Below are positions 37,161 through 44,991 of a DNA stretch of 54,085 bases, one piece after another; the first letter of the stretch is position 1, and each line of letters begins with the position of its first letter. The notes under the pieces were generated by a model, which was not told where the DNA came from, did not search any database, and saw only the letters and a list, made by a program, of their open reading frames with translations. Source of the DNA: a virus (lineage: Duplodnaviria; Caudoviricetes); IMG/VR virus record IMGVR_UViG_3300039037_000056, positions 1-54,085 of that record; one strand, written 5' to 3'. The translations under genes and the position numbers were made by a program.

Positions 37161-37440
37161 TAACAGTGCTTGACCATTTGGAAGCATTGGGTTCAAGATT
37201 AGGCATCAGATACCCAATCTCAGTTCCATACTTCTCTTCCCATGCAGTACATGCACTCCTAATGAAACTAGCATGTGCCTGCCCAAAAGTATGATTAGGG
37301 AACAAATGATGAATTAGATCTTTGTATCCATGAGGCATGTTTCTATACCCAAGTTCCCACCAAATAGAGAGAACATTTAGGACTTGATCAAAAACAATTT
37401 GACGATTGAGTTTTTTCATGTCAGTCCATGAAGATGTCAT
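37147..37440 (-). CDS. Hypothetical protein, 97 aa
   Basis: ORF track. Confidence 0.55.
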   Translation of the reverse strand: MTSSWTDMKKLNRQIVFDQVLNVLSIWWELGYRNMPHGYKDLIHHLFPNHTFGQAHASFIRSACTAWEEKYGTEIGYLMPNLEPNASKWSSTVRTVA

Positions 37441-37846
37441 CAGTTACAGAACCCTTAGGAATTTCCTCACCATACACTTCGTCATCCATCATGCGAGTGT
37501 TGTAGCACTTCCATCCAGCATCTGTGAAGATGTAAGCAAACTCCTCACAGTCATCCAGAAAATCAATGAAACTATCATCAACACGCGGTTTATTCCGCTC
37601 AAGGGATTCTCCACGGGAAGTGTAGTACAAAGGACCAACTTCGGGCAGAGTTTCATTCTTCCAACCACAGTTAGTGTGGAGAGCGGAGATGTTACCACCA
37701 TCAATCAGGTCAGCAACCTTTTCGGCGGTGTTGTAGTGATCGCGCAGCACGCGACCATTGAAGGCAGGATAACCATCGTAGTGGCAGTAGACTGACAGGA
37801 TGCTGTTGTCTTTGAGTTGGATGCCGATGCGAGAGCGAGTTGCCAT
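37421..37846 (-). CDS. Conserved phage hypothetical protein, 141 aa
   Basis: MATRSRIGIQL....SVYCHYDGYP..NG..L..HY motif. Confidence 0.8.
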   Translation of the reverse strand: MATRSRIGIQLKDNSILSVYCHYDGYPAFNGRVLRDHYNTAEKVADLIDGGNISALHTNCGWKNETLPEVGPLYYTSRGESLERNKPRVDDSFIDFLDDCEEFAYIFTDAGWKCYNTRMMDDEVYGEEIPKGSVTDDIFMD

Positions 37847-37849
37847 GAT

Positions 37850-37985
37850 GAAGAAAGAAAAAAAAATACTGGGACTTACCGATGCAAGCTAACGTGCCCA
37901 GTTTATGTGAGAGAGGCGGAGAGCAGTTTGTCGCTCCCTCTTACTGTTTGCCTCTCAGTGTGTTGTCTCGGGTCTCCCCTTGACT
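37850..37985 (-). ncRNA. Candidate structured leader or small RNA ending in a terminator
   Basis: GAGAGGC/GCCTCTC stem enclosing an inner hairpin, then an ACTGGG/CCCAGT stem followed by a long U-tract. Confidence 0.5.
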
Positions 37986-37989
37986 CTTT

Positions 37990-38048
37990 TAATATCGCAT
38001 AAAAAAAGCACCCCGTCAAGGGTGCTGTGACAGTTATTCAACTGTCCC
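37990..38048 (-). promoter_or_regulatory. Early promoter with palindrome GGGACAGTT..AACTGTCACA, -35 TTGACG and overlapping terminator AGCACCC/GGGTGCT-T-tract
   Basis: Read directly on the minus strand. Confidence 0.7.
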
Positions 38049-38221
38049 TGTTTCGGTAGTAAGTGCTCTCACACTTGTAGTAGATTCTTAATTGGATAAA
38101 CTTTGGATCTTTGTATTCGGTTTGTTTTGGTTTACAGTATTGTCTGTTAGGATTGCGATGGATTAAGATGTGATCGTATTTGGATGGACTCATAAATTAC
38201 CTGAAGGCAATTTATATAGCA

Positions 38222-38449
38222 TCAATCATCGTAAATTAGACACTCAGGTTCGGAAGGATTTTGATCACAGAACAGTTCAAGATACGATGGATCGTGATGA
38301 TCTCCTGCTTCTATTTCCTTCTTATGATTTTCAGCATATTCCTCTAAATCATGCAACTCACCTTCAATATGACGACGCATTTGAGGGGATACTGTAGGAT
38401 CGTGAAGGATCTCTTTATCCTTCGCGATATGTTGTTCTATGCTATCCAT
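38222..38449 (-). CDS. cp12: Calvin-cycle inhibitor CP12 (auxiliary metabolic gene)
   Basis: C-terminal DPSYLELFCDQNPSEPECLIYDD CP12 signature. Confidence 0.92.
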   Translation of the reverse strand: MDSIEQHIAKDKEILHDPTVSPQMRRHIEGELHDLEEYAENHKKEIEAGDHHDPSYLELFCDQNPSEPECLIYDD

Positions 38450-38474
38450 TAGCATTTTTGTAATGTGATGTACC

Positions 38475-38481
38475 TATTTAT
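38475..38481 (-). promoter_or_regulatory. Late-type promoter (ATAAATA) upstream of cp12
   Basis: Consensus about 26 nt upstream of the ATG. Confidence 0.6.
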
Positions 38482-38486
38482 TGTAA

Positions 38487-38672
38487 TCAGTCATCCATAG
38501 GATTGCAAGTGCGCCAATGTTTACCAGCACCCTTAAGTCTTGAAACCAACTCATCCGCGAACGCTTCCATCTTATCGGGGTGAATTTGCTGGATTCCTGC
38601 CTCTTTTACAGCATTTTCAATACTATCAACCTCGTTTTGGTCAAGTTTTCTACCGTTTGATGGAAGTGTCAT
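38487..38672 (-). CDS. Hypothetical protein, 61 aa
   Basis: ORF track. IHPDKMEAFA. Confidence 0.65.
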   Translation of the reverse strand: MTLPSNGRKLDQNEVDSIENAVKEAGIQQIHPDKMEAFADELVSRLKGAGKHWRTCNPMDD

Positions 38673-38729
38673 AGGGTTTCTGCCTGTACTGATGTATTTT
38701 AGCGTTTCCGCATAAAACTAATTAGATAC

Positions 38730-38900
38730 TTAATCTTTTCTTTGGGATTGGTTTACAGGACTTAATGGTTCAATAGAATCCATTTCATTCCAAATACGTT
38801 CAAATTCAGATGAATCCCATGTCCCATAAGCTTCTGGACTGTACCAGAAGTCTTCCCAATCTCTCGGTGAGTTTGTAACATCTTCAATGTTCTTCTGCAT
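38730..38900 (-). CDS. Hypothetical protein, 56 aa
   Basis: Read manually. GGAGG Shine-Dalgarno. Confidence 0.55.
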   Translation of the reverse strand: MQKNIEDVTNSPRDWEDFWYSPEAYGTWDSSEFERIWNEMDSIEPLSPVNQSQRKD

Positions 38901-39051
38901 TTAGTCCCTCCTTTACTGCTGCCTCAACAAAAGTCTGAATCTCCTTAGATGTCATCCCATTCAAGAAACTCCATGTAGGATCTTCTTTGTCCCATTCAAG
39001 GGTGAATGTACCATCTTCATTTTGATTGACTTTTAGACTATCAGCATCCAT
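38884..39051 (-). CDS. Hypothetical protein, 55 aa (MDADSLKVNQNEDGTFTLEWDKEDP...)
   Basis: Read manually. Confidence 0.6.
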   Translation of the reverse strand: MDADSLKVNQNEDGTFTLEWDKEDPTWSFLNGMTSKEIQTFVEAAVKEGLNAEEH

Positions 39052-39220
39052 CTTTATTGAATTGTTTACGACATTTTTTCACTTCTTTCATCTCATCTTT
39101 AATCATCTGATAAGCATCCTCAGCAGAGATACGTTGAGACAATTCCATGGCGCAGATAACTTCAACACGAGTGCCGAAATGTTTCAGTGCTTCTTCAAAA
39201 CAATTAAGTTCTTCATACAT
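39041..39220 (-). CDS. Hypothetical protein, 59 aa (MYEELNCFEEALKHFGTRVEVICAME...)
   Basis: Read manually. ATG overlaps the upstream stop. Confidence 0.65.
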   Translation of the reverse strand: MYEELNCFEEALKHFGTRVEVICAMELSQRISAEDAYQMIKDEMKEVKKCRKQFNKDGC

Positions 39221-39513
39221 CAGAGTTTGCCACCGACAACACCACTATTTACTACTCTGGTGTATTCTTCAAGGGAACCATCTTGAAGACACATTAGATG
39301 CCACCTAGTCATTTTAAGAACATCTTCATAGTGCATCCCAGTGATAAAGTGAGCACCATAAGGTTCTTTCAAGATAGAAGTATGAAGACCGAATCTTGTC
39401 TTTTTAATATAAAAAGCATCATCAATCCAAACAACATCTTCAGGGATGTCTTTTTCTATCGTGCCACCAAGAGAAGTGGAAAGTTTAGGTTTATTCGTCG
39501 CCGTCTGAATCAT
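39220..39513 (-). CDS. Hypothetical protein, 97 aa
   Basis: ORF track. C-terminal VVGGKL. Confidence 0.7.
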   Translation of the reverse strand: MIQTATNKPKLSTSLGGTIEKDIPEDVVWIDDAFYIKKTRFGLHTSILKEPYGAHFITGMHYEDVLKMTRWHLMCLQDGSLEEYTRVVNSGVVGGKL

Positions 39514-39697
39514 CAGTTACCTCAGGTTCTGGAAGTGTGACACCAGTTTGTGTCAGATATTCAATAGCACCAGTTACTTTGTAAAGTGTTTCTCTAGTGC
39601 GTTCCAAAGAGAGAGCAAGTTCTTCTCTTTGCTTGAGAAGATTTTCAAGGTGTTTTTGTTGTTCAGTCATCATTCTCCTTTTGTTTGTTGAAACCAA
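39491..39697 (-). CDS. Coiled-coil hypothetical protein
   Basis: ORF track. Confidence 0.6.
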   Translation of the reverse strand: MVSTNKRRMMTEQQKHLENLLKQREELALSLERTRETLYKVTGAIEYLTQTGVTLPEPEVTDDSDGDE

Positions 39698-39872
39698 ATG
39701 GTCCTTCTTTGTCTTCTAAAGCAAGTTTAAGTGCAACACCGCCAACTGCTTCCATCACTCGCAGAATATCTTCTGCCTTGGCATCTTCACCAAGTTCTTT
39801 AGCGATGTACCAATACTTAGGCCAGAAAGTTTCACCTGCTTTTTGATAATCTTCAAGTGTAAGTAGTTTCAT
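39663..39872 (-). CDS. Hypothetical protein, 69 aa
   Basis: ORF track. Confidence 0.7.
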   Translation of the reverse strand: MKLLTLEDYQKAGETFWPKYWYIAKELGEDAKAEDILRVMEAVGGVALKLALEDKEGPFGFNKQKENDD

Positions 39873-40060
39873 TCTTCTGTAGAATCAGTTGTAGGTCTTT
39901 GGTTTGGTCGCTTCAACTCCGGATGTGGAGCATACAGTGGACCCTCGTAATTTCCTGCAAACTTAGGTCTATTAAGTTTTTCAAGTGCTGCAAGAACTTC
40001 TGGAGTTTCTTCCCACTCAAAAGTATCTCCACTTTTAGTAGTATGCTGTCTAGTAGTCAT
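39869..40060 (-). CDS. Hypothetical protein, 63 aa
   Basis: ORF track. Confidence 0.6.
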   Translation of the reverse strand: MTTRQHTTKSGDTFEWEETPEVLAALEKLNRPKFAGNYEGPLYAPHPELKRPNQRPTTDSTEE

Positions 40061-40195
40061 GAATAAAACTCCCTAGCGTTTTTAAGTGTGGTAAGCAAGT
40101 GCATGTTACCTTTGAAGTATCCTAGCACAATAAACCCTATTGTGGCAAGTATAACGAACACAAAAGATACTACACCTCCCCAAGGTTTTTTATCA

Positions 40196-40393
40196 TCAAG
40201 CATCTTTGAGTTTGTCTCGGAGATCCATTACCTTGTTTACCTCATCCACAGCAGCAGACATCCTCACGGAAAGAATATCCATCAGGTCGCCGTGAATGAC
40301 TTCATTTTCAACATAGTCATCAAAATACTTATCCAACGCCTCTTTCAGGTATCTTTTACGATGCCACTCTGGCGAGTAGGGTTTGTAGTCCAT
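40196..40393 (-). CDS. Hypothetical protein, 65 aa (MDYKPYSPEWHR...)
   Basis: ORF track. Confidence 0.7.
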   Translation of the reverse strand: MDYKPYSPEWHRKRYLKEALDKYFDDYVENEVIHGDLMDILSVRMSAAVDEVNKVMDLRDKLKDA

Positions 40394-40424
40394 GATGCAA
40401 GTTTATTATGAAGGTAGTATAGCA

Positions 40425-40574
40425 CTATCTATTCCGTGGGTCAAGTCCCATGTCCTTAAGATATTGTATCCACCAATCTGGGTCTTTGATTTGTCTCCAG
40501 TTTGGCACTGGTAGGTTGTTCTCTACAGTGTAATACTGATAGAGTGCGTCATCTATAGTCTGTGCGACTTCCAT
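40425..40574 (-). CDS. Hypothetical protein, 49 aa
   Basis: C-terminal part of the ORF-track ORF. Start MEVAQTIDD. Confidence 0.55.
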   Translation of the reverse strand: MEVAQTIDDALYQYYTVENNLPVPNWRQIKDPDWWIQYLKDMGLDPRNR

Positions 40575-40758
40575 ATTCTTCTTCCTCCTCATCAACGTCT
40601 GCATATGCGTCTGCCACATAAGGTCCGTGTGGTTTTTTGGATTCTGCTCTGACATAGTTTCGCTCGTCGTTTACTGCGGAAAACCAAACTGCTACCTTCA
40701 TTACAATCCAAATCGCCGCTAATGGTGTGAAACAAGCAATTAGGATAACGGGTTTCAT
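40549..40758 (-). CDS. Small membrane protein, 69 aa
   Basis: N-terminal hydrophobic helix. Confidence 0.6.
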   Translation of the reverse strand: MKPVILIACFTPLAAIWIVMKVAVWFSAVNDERNYVRAESKKPHGPYVADAYADVDEEEEEYGSRTDYR

Positions 40759-40991
40759 AGGAACATTCCCTTGTCGTTCATGTATTGAAGTGTTTCCTTT
40801 AACCCACCAATATGTCTGAAACCAACATTGACTTGTGGGTATTCTGCCTCTTCACCAAACTCCTCAACAAAACCTCTCTGAGAGAAGTGTTGATTTAATT
40901 TATATACATGAATCTGGAAGTTGAGTTTTTCCAAGAGTATTTTGGCACGTTCACACTCTTGGTTGCCGTTAGAATAGATTACTGCATCCAT
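40755..40991 (-). CDS. Glutaredoxin-like protein (NrdC/Grx family), 78 aa
   Basis: VIYS....C.RAK.LL and YPQV....HIGG. Confidence 0.8.
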   Translation of the reverse strand: MDAVIYSNGNQECERAKILLEKLNFQIHVYKLNQHFSQRGFVEEFGEEAEYPQVNVGFRHIGGLKETLQYMNDKGMFL

Positions 40992-41123
40992 TACTTTTTC
41001 TCCTCGTATTCGATAACGATTCTTTTGTAGTCTCTACCAGTATGATCTACACAGGTGATATGAACTAATTTACCACCTAATGCGTCTGCTATTTCATGTA
41101 ACTTGCTCCAAGGAATTTGCTTT

Positions 41124-41309
41124 TCAGTCATTGCTCTCCTCTATCCACTTATCTATTTGATCTTGAGTAGGAACAATGATTCGGAAAGCAAGACCTTCCT
41201 CCTCAAACTCCTCATTCATTTTTTCATAAGTTTCAGGTGTGATTTTTTCAAACATCGTACTTGGTCCACAACTTACGAATGTTTTGGGTGATAGGCATAC
41301 CACCAACAT
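41124..41309 (-). CDS. Hypothetical protein
   Basis: ORF track. The likely start is internal (MFEKITPE). Confidence 0.5.
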   Translation of the reverse strand: MLVVCLSPKTFVSCGPSTMFEKITPETYEKMNEEFEEEGLAFRIIVPTQDQIDKWIEESND

Positions 41310-41541
41310 AAGTCTCTAAAAGTTCTCCATCAGCATCAGCAATAACAAGAACAGGAGTGGCAGTTACACCATACTTTTTAGCGAGTGCAAGATTTTCCTC
41401 AGGAATGGGTTGATTACTGAAGTCATCAAGATAAATCTCCTCAATAACACTGTCGCGTGTATCTTGAAGAGCAGTGATATATTTCTTGACCAGACCACAG
41501 GGTCCACAAGATTCTTTTGTAAACATCAAAAACTTAGTCAC
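41248..41541 (-). CDS. Thioredoxin/glutaredoxin-fold protein (CGPC), 97 aa
   Basis: FTKESCGPC and KYGVTATPVLV. GTG start with GGAGG Shine-Dalgarno. Confidence 0.82.
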   Translation of the reverse strand: MTKFLMFTKESCGPCGLVKKYITALQDTRDSVIEEIYLDDFSNQPIPEENLALAKKYGVTATPVLVIADADGELLETYVGGMPITQNIRKLWTKYDV

Positions 41542-41851
41542 GTTGCCTCCAATCATCAGGTTTATCACGTTGAAACCAATCAACAATTTCATCAGCACCA
41601 TCAAACCCCGTTTTATGATTGGATGGGTCGGGGTCTCCTAATCCCATCCTATTCATAAAATCGTCCATACTACCTTCCTGAATGTCAGGATTAGCAGCAG
41701 CGCGACGTGCTTTCTTTAACATCTCACGGGCAGAAGTGTTTGCTTTAGACAACTTCTCCGCCCAGATCATGTCGTCAAGTTTTACCTCTTCCCCGTTAGC
41801 AATACATTTGCAAATGAACTCCAACCGAAGTCGGTATTGCGTAGATAACAT
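41534..41851 (-). CDS. Conserved cyanophage hypothetical protein, 105 aa
   Basis: MLSTQYRLRLEFICKCI..DDMIWAEKL..DDWRQRD. ATAAATA at 41873-41879. Confidence 0.8.
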   Translation of the reverse strand: MLSTQYRLRLEFICKCIANGEEVKLDDMIWAEKLSKANTSAREMLKKARRAAANPDIQEGSMDDFMNRMGLGDPDPSNHKTGFDGADEIVDWFQRDKPDDWRQRD

Positions 41852-41875
41852 AAATTTGACACAATCTGTAGATAT

Positions 41876-42055
41876 TTATCCGAACTCTTGATTTCTTCTA
41901 CCATCAAGGTATTCAATAATTTCAGAACGCCACTCCATCAACTCATGATAACATTCCTGATTATGAGCGCATTGGCGCAGTTGATGGTCTGGTTTCAGTA
42001 CACTTTCGTAGAACAGACCAAGAGCATCACGACGTTTTTCGCTTTTTTCGGACAT
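41876..42055 (-). CDS. Hypothetical protein, 59 aa
   Basis: LFYESVLKPDHQLRQCAHNQEC. Start reassigned to MSEKSEK. Confidence 0.65.
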   Translation of the reverse strand: MSEKSEKRRDALGLFYESVLKPDHQLRQCAHNQECYHELMEWRSEIIEYLDGRRNQEFG

Positions 42056-42293
42056 TAGAACTCCTGGATTTACGTTTCTGGGTTTTGAGTTGATTGTTGA
42101 TGAAGTCAACTGCTTGTTTGTATGTATTAAGAGTTGTGACTTGACTTCCTTGATGTATGATAACATACTTTTTGGTATTGCCAAGTGGAACTGCCGCCCA
42201 CATACCATCATTTGTAACATAACCCAATGGATTCTTGGGTTTGGGATCAAGAACTGATGGATGTGGGATAAAGGGTTTAAGAAACTTACTCAA
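42027..42293 (-). CDS. Hypothetical protein, 88 aa
   Basis: ORF track. Confidence 0.65.
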   Translation of the reverse strand: MSKFLKPFIPHPSVLDPKPKNPLGYVTNDGMWAAVPLGNTKKYVIIHQGSQVTTLNTYKQAVDFINNQLKTQKRKSRSSNVRKKRKTS

Positions 42294-42430
42294 AATACTG
42301 CGGTCACACTGATAACAGAGGCACCAGGGTTCCGTGCCAGTGCTACTTGCCTGGCATCTTCATAGTCAGTTGCGATGACAATTTCATCAAAGACTTTGCC
42401 TGCTTTGAAGAGTTGAACTTTGACTTTCAT
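42290..42430 (-). CDS. Small conserved protein, 46 aa (MKVKVQLFKAGKVFDEIVIATDYEDARQVALARNPGA...)
   Basis: Read manually. Coupled to both neighbours. Confidence 0.65.
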   Translation of the reverse strand: MKVKVQLFKAGKVFDEIVIATDYEDARQVALARNPGASVISVTAVF

Positions 42431-42432
42431 GA

Positions 42433-43596
42433 TTAGCGACGGATAGTAGAGATGGCGGGTTGACCCTGCTCGAATACAGTGTCTACGACCGCCTGGACGG
42501 ACCTGGCGGTGCCTACACCCACTTTATCATAGACAGGCACACAAACCAAGCCAAAGGTCTTGTGACGGTCTCCTAGGCGGATCACACGACCAATAGACTG
42601 TGAGATACCGATGCAGTCCATGTTACGCATGAAGAGCACTGCTTCCAGACCATTGACATTGATACCTTCAGACAGGATAGAATGGTGGATTACCACAAAA
42701 CGCTTCTCAGGATCCTTGCCCCAGGCATTGAGTGTCTTGAAGAACTCATCGCGATCAACCTTGACACCATCAATAAAGGCACCAGTTTTTGACGTGATGT
42801 AGAGACAAGAGTATCCACGCTCACGCAGTTGATGGTAGAAGTCTGACTCTGCCAGCAGTTTGACAATCTGACGTGTTGACCTAGCAGCAATCAGAATTTT
42901 ATTCAAAGAGTTGCCATCAATCGTATCCAGTAGGTTCTGACAGTCAGACTGTTTGAAGTCACCCTGAGGCAGTTCCGTGATGGAGACCTTAGGTGGGAGA
43001 ATGTAACCCTCCTCAACCAGTTTAGGTGCAGGCACATTACAAATTACCTGACCGTAGACTTCACCGTCATTCATCCCAGGTTTGAAGATGCTGACAGAGT
43101 GCTTAGGTGTTGCCGTAAAGAAATAGCAACGCTCAGCATCATTACTGAAATGTTCTGTAGCAGGAAAGAAGTTGCGCTTTACAGAGTTGTGTGCCTCATC
43201 AAAGTAGATAGTGTGAGCGTTGATACCAGACTCTTGAACCCTGTGAAGGGAATGATAAGTGGTAAAGATCAGTTGCTTACGATATGCCTGATCGCTCCAC
43301 CGTTTGATATAAGAAGACTTGGTGCTGCTAAAGTGCTCCGTCTCACCACTGTGAACGTGGAGAACAGCAGCATCTTCAATATGCTCCAAGAACTCAGAAC
43401 ACAACTGCTGTGCCAACAGGATACGAGGAGCAACTACAACAATGATGCCAGCGTCATGAATAGCAAAGTGATCCAGTGCATCCTGAATCATACACATGGT
43501 CTTACCACCACCTGTAGGGATGATAACTTGACCTTTGGTGTGCTTCAACATCGCATCACATGCTTGACGCTGATGGGGACGAAGGGTGATAGTCAT
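42433..43596 (-). CDS. Superfamily 2 (DExH) helicase, 387 aa
   Basis: LRPHQ, PTGGGKT (Walker A), FDEAH, TATP, LSEGIN and QSIGRVIR. Confidence 0.9.
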   Translation of the reverse strand: MTITLRPHQRQACDAMLKHTKGQVIIPTGGGKTMCMIQDALDHFAIHDAGIIVVVAPRILLAQQLCSEFLEHIEDAAVLHVHSGETEHFSSTKSSYIKRWSDQAYRKQLIFTTYHSLHRVQESGINAHTIYFDEAHNSVKRNFFPATEHFSNDAERCYFFTATPKHSVSIFKPGMNDGEVYGQVICNVPAPKLVEEGYILPPKVSITELPQGDFKQSDCQNLLDTIDGNSLNKILIAARSTRQIVKLLAESDFYHQLRERGYSCLYITSKTGAFIDGVKVDRDEFFKTLNAWGKDPEKRFVVIHHSILSEGINVNGLEAVLFMRNMDCIGISQSIGRVIRLGDRHKTFGLVCVPVYDKVGVGTARSVQAVVDTVFEQGQPAISTIRR

Positions 43597-43692
43597 TGGG
43601 TTTGGTGTCTTGCAGATATTATAGCACGCCTCTACCGATGAACTCTATTGTGTTTTGAGCTCATGATGTTCCCATCAACCGCGACAAGGCAG

Positions 43693-43721
43693 AGTCTAAG
43701 GTCTTTTGAGACTTTTGTCAA
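43693..43721 (-). promoter_or_regulatory. Sigma70-like promoter TTGACA-17-TAGACT
   Basis: TTGACA at 43716-43721 and TAGACT at 43693-43698. Confidence 0.7.
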
Positions 43722-44389
43722 GCTTTGTCCTGTTCAGACACATTACTGAAGAAAGTTGTGATAGAATATCTTCCGTACCCCTCATAGTAATCCGAATCCT
43801 TTATTGACACTTTATTAACACCATGCCTTACCCACCCAGGAAACACAATCAATGAGTTATTGTCACATCCATACTCATAATCATACTCAGGGAAGAACAA
43901 GTCTCCACCCTCATACTTTTTAGGTTCCTTATGGAAAAATGTAAATGCTAGGTATTGTGTTGACTTGTCGGTATGTGGGCGGTAGTATTCCTTATCGTGG
44001 TAGTATCTAACCTTAGTAGCATCAAAGTTTGCTTTCGGAGCAATAGAACAACATCCATGAATATCAGCAAAAGCATCTAGTACACCAGATGTGAATATCT
44101 TTCTATTCACTGTCAAGATGTTAGACATCGGTCTAAAGTTTGGATTACCATTGATCCCATAATGTTTACCTGTGGAATAATTTCTATACAGTTGATCTAG
44201 AATAATTGCACTAGAATTTGTATATCCAACAATGCCACCGAAATCCTCCGCTTTCATTAACTTGCCAGGTTTCGTATAAAAATCTAGTTCTTCCCAGATT
44301 AAATCTAGTTCATCTGGATTGTAGAAATTCTTGACTATAATATGTGGGAAAGGGTCTGGGTATTGAACCAACTTCAAAGTTTCTTTCAT
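43718..44389 (-). CDS. 2OG-Fe(II) oxygenase (prolyl-4-hydroxylase-like), 223 aa
   Basis: PFPHIIVKNF, HTD, GGDLFF, IVFPG.VRHGV and RYSI. Confidence 0.88.
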   Translation of the reverse strand: MKETLKLVQYPDPFPHIIVKNFYNPDELDLIWEELDFYTKPGKLMKAEDFGGIVGYTNSSAIILDQLYRNYSTGKHYGINGNPNFRPMSNILTVNRKIFTSGVLDAFADIHGCCSIAPKANFDATKVRYYHDKEYYRPHTDKSTQYLAFTFFHKEPKKYEGGDLFFPEYDYEYGCDNNSLIVFPGWVRHGVNKVSIKDSDYYEGYGRYSITTFFSNVSEQDKA

Positions 44390-44967
44390 TCTTGTCCTCC
44401 ATTATCTTGAACAACTGCCCATGTAGTTGCAATGTATTTTGTTCCACCAATAGGTGGATTACCTCTGTGAGTATGTGTAAACCCAGCAGGAAAGATAATC
44501 ACATCTCCAGTGACTGCTTCTTCCCGTAAGTTTTGATACAAAAATTCTGTTTCTCCACCATCAAATTCGTCATTAAGATATACTTGAATGACAAAAGATC
44601 TTGGTGCTGAAATATATGAACCATTCTCATAATGCCAAGAATGGAATCCACCACCGGGCGGAATCTTTTTTAACTTACAGTCATAAACAGCAAACTCGCT
44701 TGTCTGTAATAGACTGAACATGTTCACATATTCATCAATGCAAATCTTCATGTTGGGTAAGATTTGCTGTGATATTCTAGACGCAGCAGTTACGTCCAGA
44801 TTAAAACCATTGTTTACATTTATTGTTTTATTGTCAACCTGATGAAGTCTTTCTTTATCATAAAACAATAAATTATTGTTATCCAGATAGTCAATATATT
44901 GTACTAAATCAGCACACTCTTTGCGTGAAAACGCACCACGATAGCGCACAACAAAATTATCAGACAT
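44386..44967 (-). CDS. 2OG-Fe(II) oxygenase, 193 aa
   Basis: FHSWHYE, YLND.FDGGETEFLY and FPAGFTHTHRGNPP..KYI.T.W. Confidence 0.9.
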   Translation of the reverse strand: MSDNFVVRYRGAFSRKECADLVQYIDYLDNNNLLFYDKERLHQVDNKTINVNNGFNLDVTAASRISQQILPNMKICIDEYVNMFSLLQTSEFAVYDCKLKKIPPGGGFHSWHYENGSYISAPRSFVIQVYLNDEFDGGETEFLYQNLREEAVTGDVIIFPAGFTHTHRGNPPIGGTKYIATTWAVVQDNGGQE

Positions 44968-44984
44968 AACAAAGTATTTTTAGA

Positions 44985-44991
44985 TATTTAT
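44985..44991 (-). promoter_or_regulatory. Late promoter (ATAAATA)
   Basis: About 18 nt upstream of the oxygenase ATG. Confidence 0.65.

Noticed and set aside
43630-43690. Hammerhead ribozyme (CCGATGA on the plus strand resembles CTGATGA)
   Set aside because: The core is mismatched and there is no correctly placed GAAA, so it is kept only as a generic structured RNA candidate.
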